NCBI GenBank assembly: GCA_963753975.1
Contig: CAVWEH010000005.1
Span: 256,001 to 320,000, forward strand
DNA from: an uncultured delta proteobacterium
GTDB taxonomy: Bacteria; Desulfobacterota; Syntrophia; Syntrophales; Smithellaceae
Direction: 5' to 3'
Length of the DNA stretch: 64,000 nucleotides
In this document: one piece after another, positions 51,099-60,316 of the stretch
Numbering within the stretch: position 1 is the stretch's first letter
How the letters are laid out: each line of letters begins with the position of its first letter
The notes under the pieces: generated by a model
Told to the model about the DNA's origin: nothing
The model's database searches: none
Seen by the model: only the letters and a program-made list of their open reading frames with translations
Translations under genes and position numbers: made by a program

Positions 51099-51162
51099 TT
51101 TCTTTATAGTGTCTAAGTTTTTAAATTTTAAAAGACAACTTGAAAAAGATTAATAACATGCC

Positions 51163-53379
51163 ATGAAGACAAGTAAATATCTAATCATCGGATTAATTTT
51201 TCTACTTCTTTCTGCAGCCATTATTTTTTCTGCAAAGCTAACCGTTTTATTTTTTCCGACCCAGGAAGTTGAATTAAAAGGAAACTTTGAATTAGGAGCT
51301 TTGACAAAAAAGTTTGTAATTACCCAGGAAGTCACGATGACAAAGGAATACCTGACAGCCGTAGAGTTGGCCATGGTTTCTTCTGGTGTGTCATATCTGA
51401 ATGAAAATACGCTTATGGTGCTGGATACCAATTATAAGACGCTCTATGTCCAGCGCTTCACCAATGAAAATTTGGATAGACCCCAATATAAGCTCTTTAA
51501 ATTTCCAGAAAAGATCCATGTGGGAAAGAGAAAGAAAGTAATTCTCTGTTTATCCACCGAAACCGGCGACAAAGATAACCATCTGGCTGTACCGAGAATG
51601 CCGACAGGAAAATTAGGGAAACTTTTAGTGAGGCAAGTTGTCAATGAAGATGTGATCGGAACCTTAAAAGGCACTGGGCAGGTTTTTCCGATAGAAGGTA
51701 GTTTATGTATGCGGACATATGAATCGAATTTTGGTTCTGTAAATTGGTTTAAAATCTTTCTTTTCTTTTTGGCCTCAATTCTGGCTTTACTTATAGTGTT
51801 TGCAGAAAAATCCCAGTCATTCGTCGTTCAATTGACCTTTGTACCGGAAAAAATTTATGTTGTTTTGGCATTGGTTTTTGGATTGTCATTGGTATTTATC
51901 ACACCTCCACTTCAGGTCCCTGACGAACACGACCATCTTAACAGGGCATACCAGCTTGCGGAATTCAATGTTTTTCAATTTGACTCTACCGTTCCTGCTT
52001 CGCTTATAAAATTGTTTGATACCTTCGAGGGAATGAATTTCAATCCCTTGGAAAAAACAAATATTAATGAAATCCTTTCTCAGAGAGAGGTAAAATTAAA
52101 TCCACAAGTCAGATCAGCAATACTTGCTCGTGGCTTTATTTTCCCTTACTTTCCCCAAGCATTAGGGATGTTCATTGGAAAAATGTTTAACTGTTCACCT
52201 GTAATACTTTTATACATGGGAAGAATTTTTAACCTGTTGTTTTCCATTGTGCTTATTTTTTTCGCGATCCGAACCGCGCCTTTTTTAAAATGGACTTTTT
52301 TTCTACTGGGGCTCATGCCCATGACTTTATTTTTATGTGCTTCTTTATCCAAAGACGCGATGATCATCAGCCTCTCCTTTTTGTTGATTGCTCTTTTCCT
52401 TCGGTTTGCCTATGATCAGGCCAAGAAAATCAGCACTAAGGATTTGGTTATTTTATTTGCCGTCTCTTTTTTGGTGGCAACCTCCAGATCCATTTATGCC
52501 ATATTAATAGGAATGTTTTTTTTAATTCCTGTATACCGGATAGGGCCTTTAAAAAAATACACCGTTATCTTCATGAGTTTAGTAATTACTGTTTTTCTGG
52601 CAACTCAAATCGAAACCCTCAAGCCGCTTTTTCAACCCAAAACTGCTAACTCGACAAAGCCAACTATGAATTTTACGTTATCCCCAGATGCACTTTCAAC
52701 TCCGGCACCAACACCAACTCCGATTGAGAATTTCCAGCGATCTGATCGAAACAAGATCCCTGAAGGAATAAATTCCATTGAACAAAAACGCTTTATCCTG
52801 AATAACCCCATCCAATACATGGGAATTGTATTTAACTCGGTTTTTATTTCCCAAGGAGCTTTTCAACTGGATAGTTTTATCGGTATTCTAGGTTGGTTGA
52901 ATAAGCCCTTGCCAAAATGGCTGATCAATTTCTATTTATTGATATTAATCATCACAGCGATGCTGCTTTCCAATAACGATATTAAAATTGGATTGACTAA
53001 TAAACTAATTATTCTAGCCATCTTTACCGCTGGGGTGATATTAATCGAAACTGGTCTTTATTTAACTTGGAATCCGGTCGGGCAAAACTACATCATGGAT
53101 GTTCAAGGAAGATACTTTATTCCTTATGCCCCGCTCTTTTTCGCTTTACTATATAATACTTTTTGGGGACAATATTTGAACACCATCTTTACGCCACGCA
53201 AAAAGAAACAGGTTAAAATCAAACGAAAAAGCACGCTAAAGCCGGGTTCCTTGGTGCAGAATAATAGGCAAATTATCCTATACAATTTCTCCTATTTACT
53301 AATCGTCTGTTTTTCTGTTATTTCTTTATTATCTACTGTTTATGTAGTTTTAGCAGGTTACTATATTGTTTTAATTTAG
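51163..53379 (+). CDS. DUF2142-like polytopic membrane protein (putative GT-C) with N-terminal extracytoplasmic domain
   Basis: TPPLQVPDEHDHLNRAY, YFPQALG, GRIFN, IGILGWL, VQGRYFIP. Confidence 0.75.
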   Translation: MKTSKYLIIGLIFLLLSAAIIFSAKLTVLFFPTQEVELKGNFELGALTKKFVITQEVTMTKEYLTAVELAMVSSGVSYLNENTLMVLDTNYKTLYVQRFTNENLDRPQYKLFKFPEKIHVGKRKKVILCLSTETGDKDNHLAVPRMPTGKLGKLLVRQVVNEDVIGTLKGTGQVFPIEGSLCMRTYESNFGSVNWFKIFLFFLASILALLIVFAEKSQSFVVQLTFVPEKIYVVLALVFGLSLVFITPPLQVPDEHDHLNRAYQLAEFNVFQFDSTVPASLIKLFDTFEGMNFNPLEKTNINEILSQREVKLNPQVRSAILARGFIFPYFPQALGMFIGKMFNCSPVILLYMGRIFNLLFSIVLIFFAIRTAPFLKWTFFLLGLMPMTLFLCASLSKDAMIISLSFLLIALFLRFAYDQAKKISTKDLVILFAVSFLVATSRSIYAILIGMFFLIPVYRIGPLKKYTVIFMSLVITVFLATQIETLKPLFQPKTANSTKPTMNFTLSPDALSTPAPTPTPIENFQRSDRNKIPEGINSIEQKRFILNNPIQYMGIVFNSVFISQGAFQLDSFIGILGWLNKPLPKWLINFYLLILIITAMLLSNNDIKIGLTNKLIILAIFTAGVILIETGLYLTWNPVGQNYIMDVQGRYFIPYAPLFFALLYNTFWGQYLNTIFTPRKKKQVKIKRKSTLKPGSLVQNNRQIILYNFSYLLIVCFSVISLLSTVYVVLAGYYIVLI

Positions 53380-53697
53380 GCTGAATAATTTATGGCATCG
53401 CTGACAATTCTTTTGCCCCGACTTTACTTCCGATATAGATGGTTTGACTACCCATGAATGGTGATCACCTCTATCGAGACACCCAATACCCCGGAAATAC
53501 CAACATCTATCATGAAGGATACGAGCAATCATAATGCATCGTGAAAAAGAGCCGTGAAAGGGAAAGAGAAGGTTGTTCGAAAATCTATCCTTAAGATTTC
53601 GCTATTGGTTCTAATATTGGAATTAGTTCACTTTATTTCGAGCGTAGCTCCTACAGGAATTTTGCAAATATCTTATATTGAGTAAAGAAACACTAGC

Positions 53698-54810
53698 ATG
53701 AAATATAATCGTGAAAGAGGAAATAGCAGGTTTCGCTTTTTGGACAGGTATGTCGGCATTCTGATCATCTTTATATTAGGCTTGCTTAAGAAAAGAAGTA
53801 AACCCCTCCCAAAAAGCATAAAAAAGGTGGCTTTTTTGAAAACCGCAGGAATAGGGGATACTGCCCTCCTGTCCGCTGTTATCAGAGACTTCAAAGATGC
53901 CTATCCACATGTTCAGCTAACTTTTTTTGTCGCTTCCAATAATTATGAAATGGCACAGCTGATATCCGGAATCGATAAAATCATCAAACTCCCGGTGGCT
54001 AAACCTTTGACGTGTCTTCATATCATAAAGGAATCGGGTAAATATGATATCTGGGTTGATTTCGGCCCTTGGCCCAGGATCAATGCATTATTGTCGTGGT
54101 TTTCTAAGGCACGCCTTAAAGTTGGCTTCAAGACAAAAGGCCAGTACCGACATTACATATATGATTTAACTGTAGAACATTCCGCCCATCTGCATGAATT
54201 AGACAATTACAAAAACCTGCTGAAACAGCTAGGTTTAGATTGCCATAATCTCCCGTCTATCAACATGCAGATTCAGGAATGTAGTAATAACAGAATCATC
54301 ATTCACATGTTTCCCGGCGGGTCTCGATCATATTTAAAAGAATGGCCTGATGCAAATTGGATAGAAATTATAGATCAATTAACAGCACATCATTATGAAG
54401 TATTCCTTACGGGCGCGAAAATTGATCGTGAAAAAGCGGAGCAAATCAAAGCACAAATAGCGAACAGGGGCAGCGTCAATATTGTTGCCGGAACACTTAA
54501 TTTAAAACAAACCGCTGAACTCCTGAAATCATCAATGCTGGTAATCAGTGTAGATACCGGTATCATGCATTTAGCCTCCGCCCTAGGGTGCAACCTCATT
54601 GCCTTACATGGCCCTACGTCGGCCAAACGATGGGGTCCCCTGGACGCAAATGCAATTTCTTTGCAAAGTGGCCTGCAATGTTCTCCTTGCCTCAACCTGG
54701 GTTTTGAGAGCCGGTGTCGGACGAACTCCTGCATGAAATCCATTACTACCACAGCACTCATGGATGCCACAAAAAAATTCTGCCCGTCTGAGTTATCCTT
54801 AAATGTGTAA
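53698..54810 (+). CDS. GT9 glycosyltransferase (LPS heptosyltransferase-like)
   Basis: KTAGIGD, KEWP, AGTLNL, SVDTGIMHLASALG..HGPT, CSPC. Confidence 0.92.
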   Translation: MKYNRERGNSRFRFLDRYVGILIIFILGLLKKRSKPLPKSIKKVAFLKTAGIGDTALLSAVIRDFKDAYPHVQLTFFVASNNYEMAQLISGIDKIIKLPVAKPLTCLHIIKESGKYDIWVDFGPWPRINALLSWFSKARLKVGFKTKGQYRHYIYDLTVEHSAHLHELDNYKNLLKQLGLDCHNLPSINMQIQECSNNRIIIHMFPGGSRSYLKEWPDANWIEIIDQLTAHHYEVFLTGAKIDREKAEQIKAQIANRGSVNIVAGTLNLKQTAELLKSSMLVISVDTGIMHLASALGCNLIALHGPTSAKRWGPLDANAISLQSGLQCSPCLNLGFESRCRTNSCMKSITTTALMDATKKFCPSELSLNV

Positions 54811-55053
54811 TGGCTTTATTGTATTCTATGGAATTCAAGAAATCAATTTTGGTAAAGCTCATGTTGGTGTCCATTTGTCTATATCCCATATTATCTTCTT
54901 CAATCACCTAAACTTTAGAGGAATTATGTCAGAAAATAACCTTCAAATCAATCAATATTGATAATTATATCAATATATTAGTGTTGACTACAATTTATTA
55001 CCGTAAATATGAGGATCACAGGTATAACGCCAAAGCAAGCTTTGGAAACATTT

Positions 55054-55409
55054 CGTAGCAAGCTGCGGGGTATTATACCCTCCGCATCGCGGGATAATTC
55101 GACCTCCAGTCTCAGCGGTGACGTGACCTTTAGGTTATGCACTCTGCTTCTGAAACTTGGGTATCATTGAAATAGTCCCACTTAGCTTCGCACGTGGGAT
55201 AATTTCCAATAGCCACCAGCTATTGGATAATTCGGCTAAAAAACTTCAATGCGCCTATAATGACCTTTAGGTTATTTGCTTTTGAAGTTTTAGTCTCATT
55301 ACAACTGACAGATATTACTGTACTGCGTTTGTGGAGCACCTCCGGAAGAAGCCGAAGGCTATTTTCAAAGACGCGACATCCCGTAACGGGATAATATCTG
55401 AGTTTCATT
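55054..55409 (+). repeat. Stack of family-A elements (two near-complete, two partial)
   Basis: gcaagctgcggggtat..cgggataattcgac..gtatcattga (55054-55170); ggataattcggc..agtctcatt (55225-55300); partial copies near 55175 and 55387; tgacctttaggtta occurs twice. Confidence 0.68.
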
Positions 55410-55518
55410 GGAATTGGAAGTTCACCAATAAAAAAGTTGAAGTTGCTGATTAGTTGTGCAAAAGTCTCGTATGATGAATAATAATATAACCGCACTAAAA
55501 TAATACAGAGGTGATTGA

Positions 55519-55878
55519 GTGCAAGTGAATCCTCATGCCGGGCGTCCAACGTCGCCTATGTCCTTGTTGCGTAGTCTCTGGCGCAACCGCCAACTCATCG
55601 CGCAAATGACCAAGCGCGAAGTAGTCGGTCGTTACAAGGGCTCGGTCCTGGGTATCGCCTGGTCATTCTTCAATCCCTTGATCATGCTTACCATCTATAC
55701 ATTTGTGTTCTCAGTTGTTTTCAAAGCCCGCTGGAATGTAAGTACTGATGAGACTAAAACGCAGTTTGCCATTGTGCTGTTTGTGGGCATGATCGTCCAT
55801 GGCCTTTTTGCCGAGGTGATCAACCGCGCACCAACGCTAATTACCTCTTTTGTAGAAGTGAGAAAATGCATCTTTTAA
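55519..55878 (+). pseudogene. wzm: Truncated Wzm (ABC-2 polysaccharide exporter permease), N-terminal ~110 aa only
   Basis: REVVGRYKGSVLGIAWSFFNPL...YTFVF; similarity stops after RAPTLITS and the usual NxNYVKKVVFP segment is missing; overlaps the next start. Confidence 0.85.
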
Positions 55879-56837
55879 AAAATACATTATTGAGTCGAAC
55901 TGTTCTCCTGATGATTTTATTTACCCTCTGTACTTGTGGACCGGGTGGCGATAAAGATAATAAAAAAAACAGTTCTCCGGGTACCATTCGCATATCGGGG
56001 GCTTGGGCGCTCTATCCCATGATGATTCGCTGGGCTGACGAATATAAAAAAACTCATCCGGGCTGTCAAATCGATGTCACTGCGGGCGGCGCCGGCAAAG
56101 GAGTAGCTGAAGCCCTTACAGGTCTGGTAGATATAGGCATGGTCTCCCGGGATATCAAACCCGAAGAAATACAGCGAGGCGCTAAATATATCCCTGTTGT
56201 CAAAGATGCTGTTTTCCCAATCATGAATGCGAACAATCCTGTCGCACGGGAAATGATGTTTAGGGGACTTACGAAGAAGCAATTCATCGGCCTTTGGATA
56301 GAGGGGAAAACGTTCACCTGGGGAGAATTAGCAAGTGTTACAAATGCTGCTATTGTTAATGTTTATACACGCTCTGATTCCTGTGGGGCAGCGGAAACAT
56401 GGGCGGCCTATCTGGGAAAACACCAGGAAGAGCTCCAGGGTGTAGGTGTTTATGGCGATCCCGGCATCACGGAAGCGGTAAAAAAAGACACGCTGGGTGT
56501 TGGATATAATAATCTGAACTATGCTTATGATATGAAAACGGGACTTCCGCAGAAAGGTGTCCGAATTATTCCCATCGACATCAATGAAAACGGACGGATT
56601 GATCCTGAAGAAGATGTAAGCACCAAAGAAAAAGCAATCCATGCAGTCCGTAAAGGACGCTACCCTTCGCCTCCGGCGCGCGACCTGAATATTGTTGTCA
56701 AAGGAAAATTTTCCGGAGCGGTTCGGGAATTTGTCCTCTGGATATTGAATGATGGGCAACAGTTCGTAGACGAAGTAGGCTATATCAAGCTCACTGATGC
56801 CCAAATCCAAGAAGCCTTCAGGAAGGTAAAAAATTGA
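55866..56837 (+). CDS. pstS: PstS-family periplasmic binding lipoprotein with atypical ligand residues
   Basis: Lipobox-like TLCTC; ISGAWALYP..WADEY, AGGAGKG, DIGMVSR, KDAV, TRSDSCGA, GYNN; first gene of a pstCAB-like set. Substrate uncertain. Confidence 0.82.
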   Translation: MHLLKNTLLSRTVLLMILFTLCTCGPGGDKDNKKNSSPGTIRISGAWALYPMMIRWADEYKKTHPGCQIDVTAGGAGKGVAEALTGLVDIGMVSRDIKPEEIQRGAKYIPVVKDAVFPIMNANNPVAREMMFRGLTKKQFIGLWIEGKTFTWGELASVTNAAIVNVYTRSDSCGAAETWAAYLGKHQEELQGVGVYGDPGITEAVKKDTLGVGYNNLNYAYDMKTGLPQKGVRIIPIDINENGRIDPEEDVSTKEKAIHAVRKGRYPSPPARDLNIVVKGKFSGAVREFVLWILNDGQQFVDEVGYIKLTDAQIQEAFRKVKN

Positions 56838-57733
56838 AGAAAATTATTTACAGAAATATAAAAAGCGTCGGCGCCGGAGCGCTGATCCGTTTTTCCCTTT
56901 TTCTGCTTTACGGGATTGCGTTCCTGATCCTGGTTATCATCGCAGTCAAAGCCGCACCGATTCTGAACTCAATATCTCTGAAGCAACTGCTGTTCTCATC
57001 GGTCTGGCATCCTGAACAGGGGCAATTCGGTTTTTTACCTTTCATTTTTGGCTCGCTTGCCGTCACCGCCCTTGCCATGACCTTTGCAATACCTATCTGT
57101 TTGATGAGCACCGTTTATATTACGGAATACATGAATCATCGTCTGCGCAAATGGATTCGTTTGTCGATTGATATTCTAGCTGGTATTCCTTCCGTTATTT
57201 TCGGCCTCTTCGGTGTGTTGGCGATTGTGCCGGCGGTCCGGTTGCTTGGCGAATTGACCGGCAGACCCAGCACCGGATATAGCCTCCTGGCTGCAGGTAT
57301 TATCTTGGCATTGATGGTGAGCCCATTTATTATTTCTTTGTCCATTGAAGTGCTGACAAACGTTCCCGGAGAAGTAAGGGAAAGCGCCATTTCCTTAGGA
57401 GCTACTCGATGGGAAGTTATTTGGCATGTCCTGCTGAAAACAGCATGGCCGGGAATTGTTGCTGCCGTTGTCCTTGGTTTGGCCAGGGCTATTGGCGAAA
57501 CGATGGCTGTGATGATGGTAGCGGGCAACGTTGCCAAGATTTCCGGTCATCTGCTTGATCCTGTATATCCTTTACCGGCTCTGATTGCCAACAACTATGG
57601 AGAGATGATGTCGATTCCGAAATATGACTCGGCTCTGATGTTTGCCGCTTTAATCCTTATGGTGATAGTTGGAGGGTTCAGCTTTGCTGCTTACATGATT
57701 CTTCCCCGAATGCACAGGAGATATTCTTTTTAA
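56834..57733 (+). CDS. pstC: PstC-like ABC permease
   Basis: WHP..GQFG.LP.I.GS, LAGIPSVIFG, SLGATRWE, ARAIGETMAV; TTGA overlap with the pstS stop. Confidence 0.9.
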   Translation: MKKIIYRNIKSVGAGALIRFSLFLLYGIAFLILVIIAVKAAPILNSISLKQLLFSSVWHPEQGQFGFLPFIFGSLAVTALAMTFAIPICLMSTVYITEYMNHRLRKWIRLSIDILAGIPSVIFGLFGVLAIVPAVRLLGELTGRPSTGYSLLAAGIILALMVSPFIISLSIEVLTNVPGEVRESAISLGATRWEVIWHVLLKTAWPGIVAAVVLGLARAIGETMAVMMVAGNVAKISGHLLDPVYPLPALIANNYGEMMSIPKYDSALMFAALILMVIVGGFSFAAYMILPRMHRRYSF

Positions 57734-58579
57734 ATGCTAAATCGTAAACAGCAAGAGATTTTTTTTAAGAGGTTGATGCAGCTTTCCTTGATTCTACTGC
57801 TTGGTCTGCTTGGCGGCATTGTTCTTGTGATATTACTCAGGGGGGCTTCCGCACTTAGTGTCTCCATGCTTATTGACACGCCAAAAGGAGGATATTACCT
57901 TGGTGGTGAAGGAGGGATTGCCAATGCAATTGCCGGTTCGCTGTGTCTTGCTTTTGGAGCATCTATATTAGCGCTGCTTTTCAGTCTGCCGGTTGCCTTT
58001 GCCTTGCAAAAAGAATATGCCAGTTCCCGCCTTGCCGCTATAAGCCGAATCGTCCTGGATGTCCTGTGGGGAACCCCTTCCATTGTTTACGGCGCTGTTG
58101 GCTTTGTGGTAATGGTCTATTTCGGTATTCGTGCCTCTCTGCTGGGCGGGATCTTCGTGCTGACCCTTCTGACCATGCCCATTATGATCCGCTCGATGGA
58201 AGAGATATTACACCTGGCTCCCAGGGAATTAAAGGAAATTGCCGTCTCGCTGGGCACGACGCGGTTGGAAACCGCCTGGATAGTTTTCAGGCAGGTTATT
58301 CCCGGTATAGTTACGGCCGTTATTCTCGCTTTCGGCCGGGCTATCGGAGATGCCGCATCAATCCTCTTTACGTCCGGATACACAGATAGTATGCCGCGCT
58401 CCCTGCTGGATCCGGTTGCTTCTTTACCGTTGGCCATCTTTTTCCAGATTGGAACACCCATCCCGGAAGTACAGGAACGGGCTTATGCTGCCGCGCTGGT
58501 TTTGCTTTTGATTGTCCTTATAGTCAATATTGCGGCAAGGATACTGAGTGAACGTTTCTCCAAGCACGTTATCCACTAG
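57734..58579 (+). CDS. pstA: PstA-like ABC permease
   Basis: GGIANAIAGS, TPSIVYG, SLGTTR, GRAIGDAA, AYAAALVL; ATG directly after the pstC TAA. Confidence 0.9.
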   Translation: MLNRKQQEIFFKRLMQLSLILLLGLLGGIVLVILLRGASALSVSMLIDTPKGGYYLGGEGGIANAIAGSLCLAFGASILALLFSLPVAFALQKEYASSRLAAISRIVLDVLWGTPSIVYGAVGFVVMVYFGIRASLLGGIFVLTLLTMPIMIRSMEEILHLAPRELKEIAVSLGTTRLETAWIVFRQVIPGIVTAVILAFGRAIGDAASILFTSGYTDSMPRSLLDPVASLPLAIFFQIGTPIPEVQERAYAAALVLLLIVLIVNIAARILSERFSKHVIH

Positions 58580-58590
58580 AAAATTAAATT

Positions 58591-59388
58591 ATGCCGCATA
58601 TACAATTACATAATCTATCTGTTCACTACGGCAATTTCCAAGTGCTCAACCAGATCACTCTCAATATTCCCGACCGCCAGATTGTGGCTATTATCGGTCC
58701 CTCCGGTTGCGGTAAAACGACATTGCTCAAGAGCATGAACCGGCTGCTGGATCTCTATGAAGAAGCAACACTAACCGGATCGGTAGTCATTGATGGAATA
58801 GATATTTATAATCCAGATGCCGATATTCTTGCCTTGCGGAAAAAGGTTGGTTTTCTTTCCCAGCGGCCTTATCCGCTACCTATGTCGATTTACAACAATG
58901 TCGCTTTCGGACCGAAGATTCACGGACTAAACGGCAAGGCAATATCCAAAAATTCAGCAACACCAATTTCCCAAAGTGCCGAATCCACAATAGATTATTG
59001 TGTCGAACACTATTTGCAACTTGCCGGTCTCTGGGACGAGGTGAAGGACCGCTTACATAGTCCTGCAGCGAAACTTTCCATTGGTCAGTTGCAGCGTCTG
59101 GCACTGGCCAGAACCCTGGCTGTGGAACCGGAGGTTATCCTCGCTGATGAACCCACCTCGGCATTAGATCCAATTTCCGCCAAGATTGTAGAGTCCCAGT
59201 TTAGAATCTTAAAACAGGACTATACCATTGTTGTTGTGACCCATATCCTTCGCCAGGCAAGACGCCTTGCCGATTACGTGGTTTTTATGTTTATGGGTGA
59301 AGTGGTGGAGTATGGACCAGCCGAAGATATATTCAATGCCCCGAAAGATGAACGGACACGGGCCTATATTTCAGGAGAAATCAGCTGA
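58591..59388 (+). CDS. pstB: PstB-like ABC ATPase
   Basis: GPSGCGKTT, PMSIYNNVAFG, LWDEVKDRL, LSIGQ signature, DEPTSALDP, VTH, YISG. Confidence 0.9.
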   Translation: MPHIQLHNLSVHYGNFQVLNQITLNIPDRQIVAIIGPSGCGKTTLLKSMNRLLDLYEEATLTGSVVIDGIDIYNPDADILALRKKVGFLSQRPYPLPMSIYNNVAFGPKIHGLNGKAISKNSATPISQSAESTIDYCVEHYLQLAGLWDEVKDRLHSPAAKLSIGQLQRLALARTLAVEPEVILADEPTSALDPISAKIVESQFRILKQDYTIVVVTHILRQARRLADYVVFMFMGEVVEYGPAEDIFNAPKDERTRAYISGEIS

Positions 59389-59389
59389 C

Positions 59390-60316
59390 ATGTCTTTTTA
59401 TAGTATGCCTTACCTGAAGCAGCTCGAATCGGAATCCATCTATATTCTGCGGGAAGTGGCCGCGGAATTTAAAAACCCTGTTTTGCTATACTCTGTGGGT
59501 AAGGACTCCAGCGTACTGGTGCGCCTGGCTCTAAAGGCTTTTTATCCCGGCAAGATTCCATTCCCCCTGATGCATGTAGATACCGGCTTCAAGTTTCCGG
59601 AAATGTATGCCTTTAGGGATGCTTTCTGCAAGAAGCTGGATGTCCGGCTGATTGTGGAGCGCAACGAGGAGTGGATTGCCAAAGGGTGTCATCCCCTCAA
59701 GATGGGTGTTGATAAATGTTGCAGCCATCTCAAGACCGGGGCATTGCTCACAGCCATTAAAAAACATGGCTTTGATGCGGCCATCGGCGGGGCAAGAAGA
59801 GAAGAAGAAAAATCACGAGCCAAAGAACGTGTCTTTTCCCTTCGGGATGCTTTCGGTCAGTGGGATCCGAAGAATCAGCGGCCGGAGGTCTGGGATCTAT
59901 ACAATACCCGTATTAATGAAGGAGAAACAGTGCGCGTCTTTCCTCTCAGCAACTGGACAGAAAAGGATATCTGGCAGTACATCAAACTGGAAAATATACC
60001 GGTTGTGCCCATCTATTTTGCCCTGGAGCGGAAAGTCGTCCGGCGTAACGGTATTTTGATTCCACTTTCGGCAGCGTCGGTAATTGACGAACATTCTGCT
60101 GGTCATACAGGGAGCGAACCGGTGGAAACAGTGCGCTGCCGTTTCCGAAGTCTGGGATGCATTCCTTGCACTGGAGCTATTGCTTCGACAGCGACGAGCA
60201 TTGACGAGATCATTGCAGAAGTTATCATGGCCAAAAAGTCCGAGCGGGAAAACCGTGTAATCGATTTAACCAGCGATGCCTCCATGGAACAAAAGAAGAA
60301 AGAGGGATACTTTTGA
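59390..60316 (+). CDS. cysD: Sulfate adenylyltransferase subunit 2
   Basis: LESESIYILRE, YSVGKDS, GGARREEEKSRAKER, WDPKNQRPE, RFRSLGC, MEQKKKEGYF. ATG lies 1 nt after the pstB stop. Confidence 0.96.
   Translation: MSFYSMPYLKQLESESIYILREVAAEFKNPVLLYSVGKDSSVLVRLALKAFYPGKIPFPLMHVDTGFKFPEMYAFRDAFCKKLDVRLIVERNEEWIAKGCHPLKMGVDKCCSHLKTGALLTAIKKHGFDAAIGGARREEEKSRAKERVFSLRDAFGQWDPKNQRPEVWDLYNTRINEGETVRVFPLSNWTEKDIWQYIKLENIPVVPIYFALERKVVRRNGILIPLSAASVIDEHSAGHTGSEPVETVRCRFRSLGCIPCTGAIASTATSIDEIIAEVIMAKKSERENRVIDLTSDASMEQKKKEGYF

Noticed and set aside
55054..55409. Repeat stack as a possible CRISPR array or integron attC array
   Set aside because: Repeats are divergent and irregularly spaced, with no cas genes, integrase or cassette ORFs.
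59267..59389. N-terminal extensions given by the ORF track for cysD (also at 8990, 11272, 46732)
   Set aside because: They overlap upstream genes or hairpins; family similarity and RBS position support the later ATG starts.
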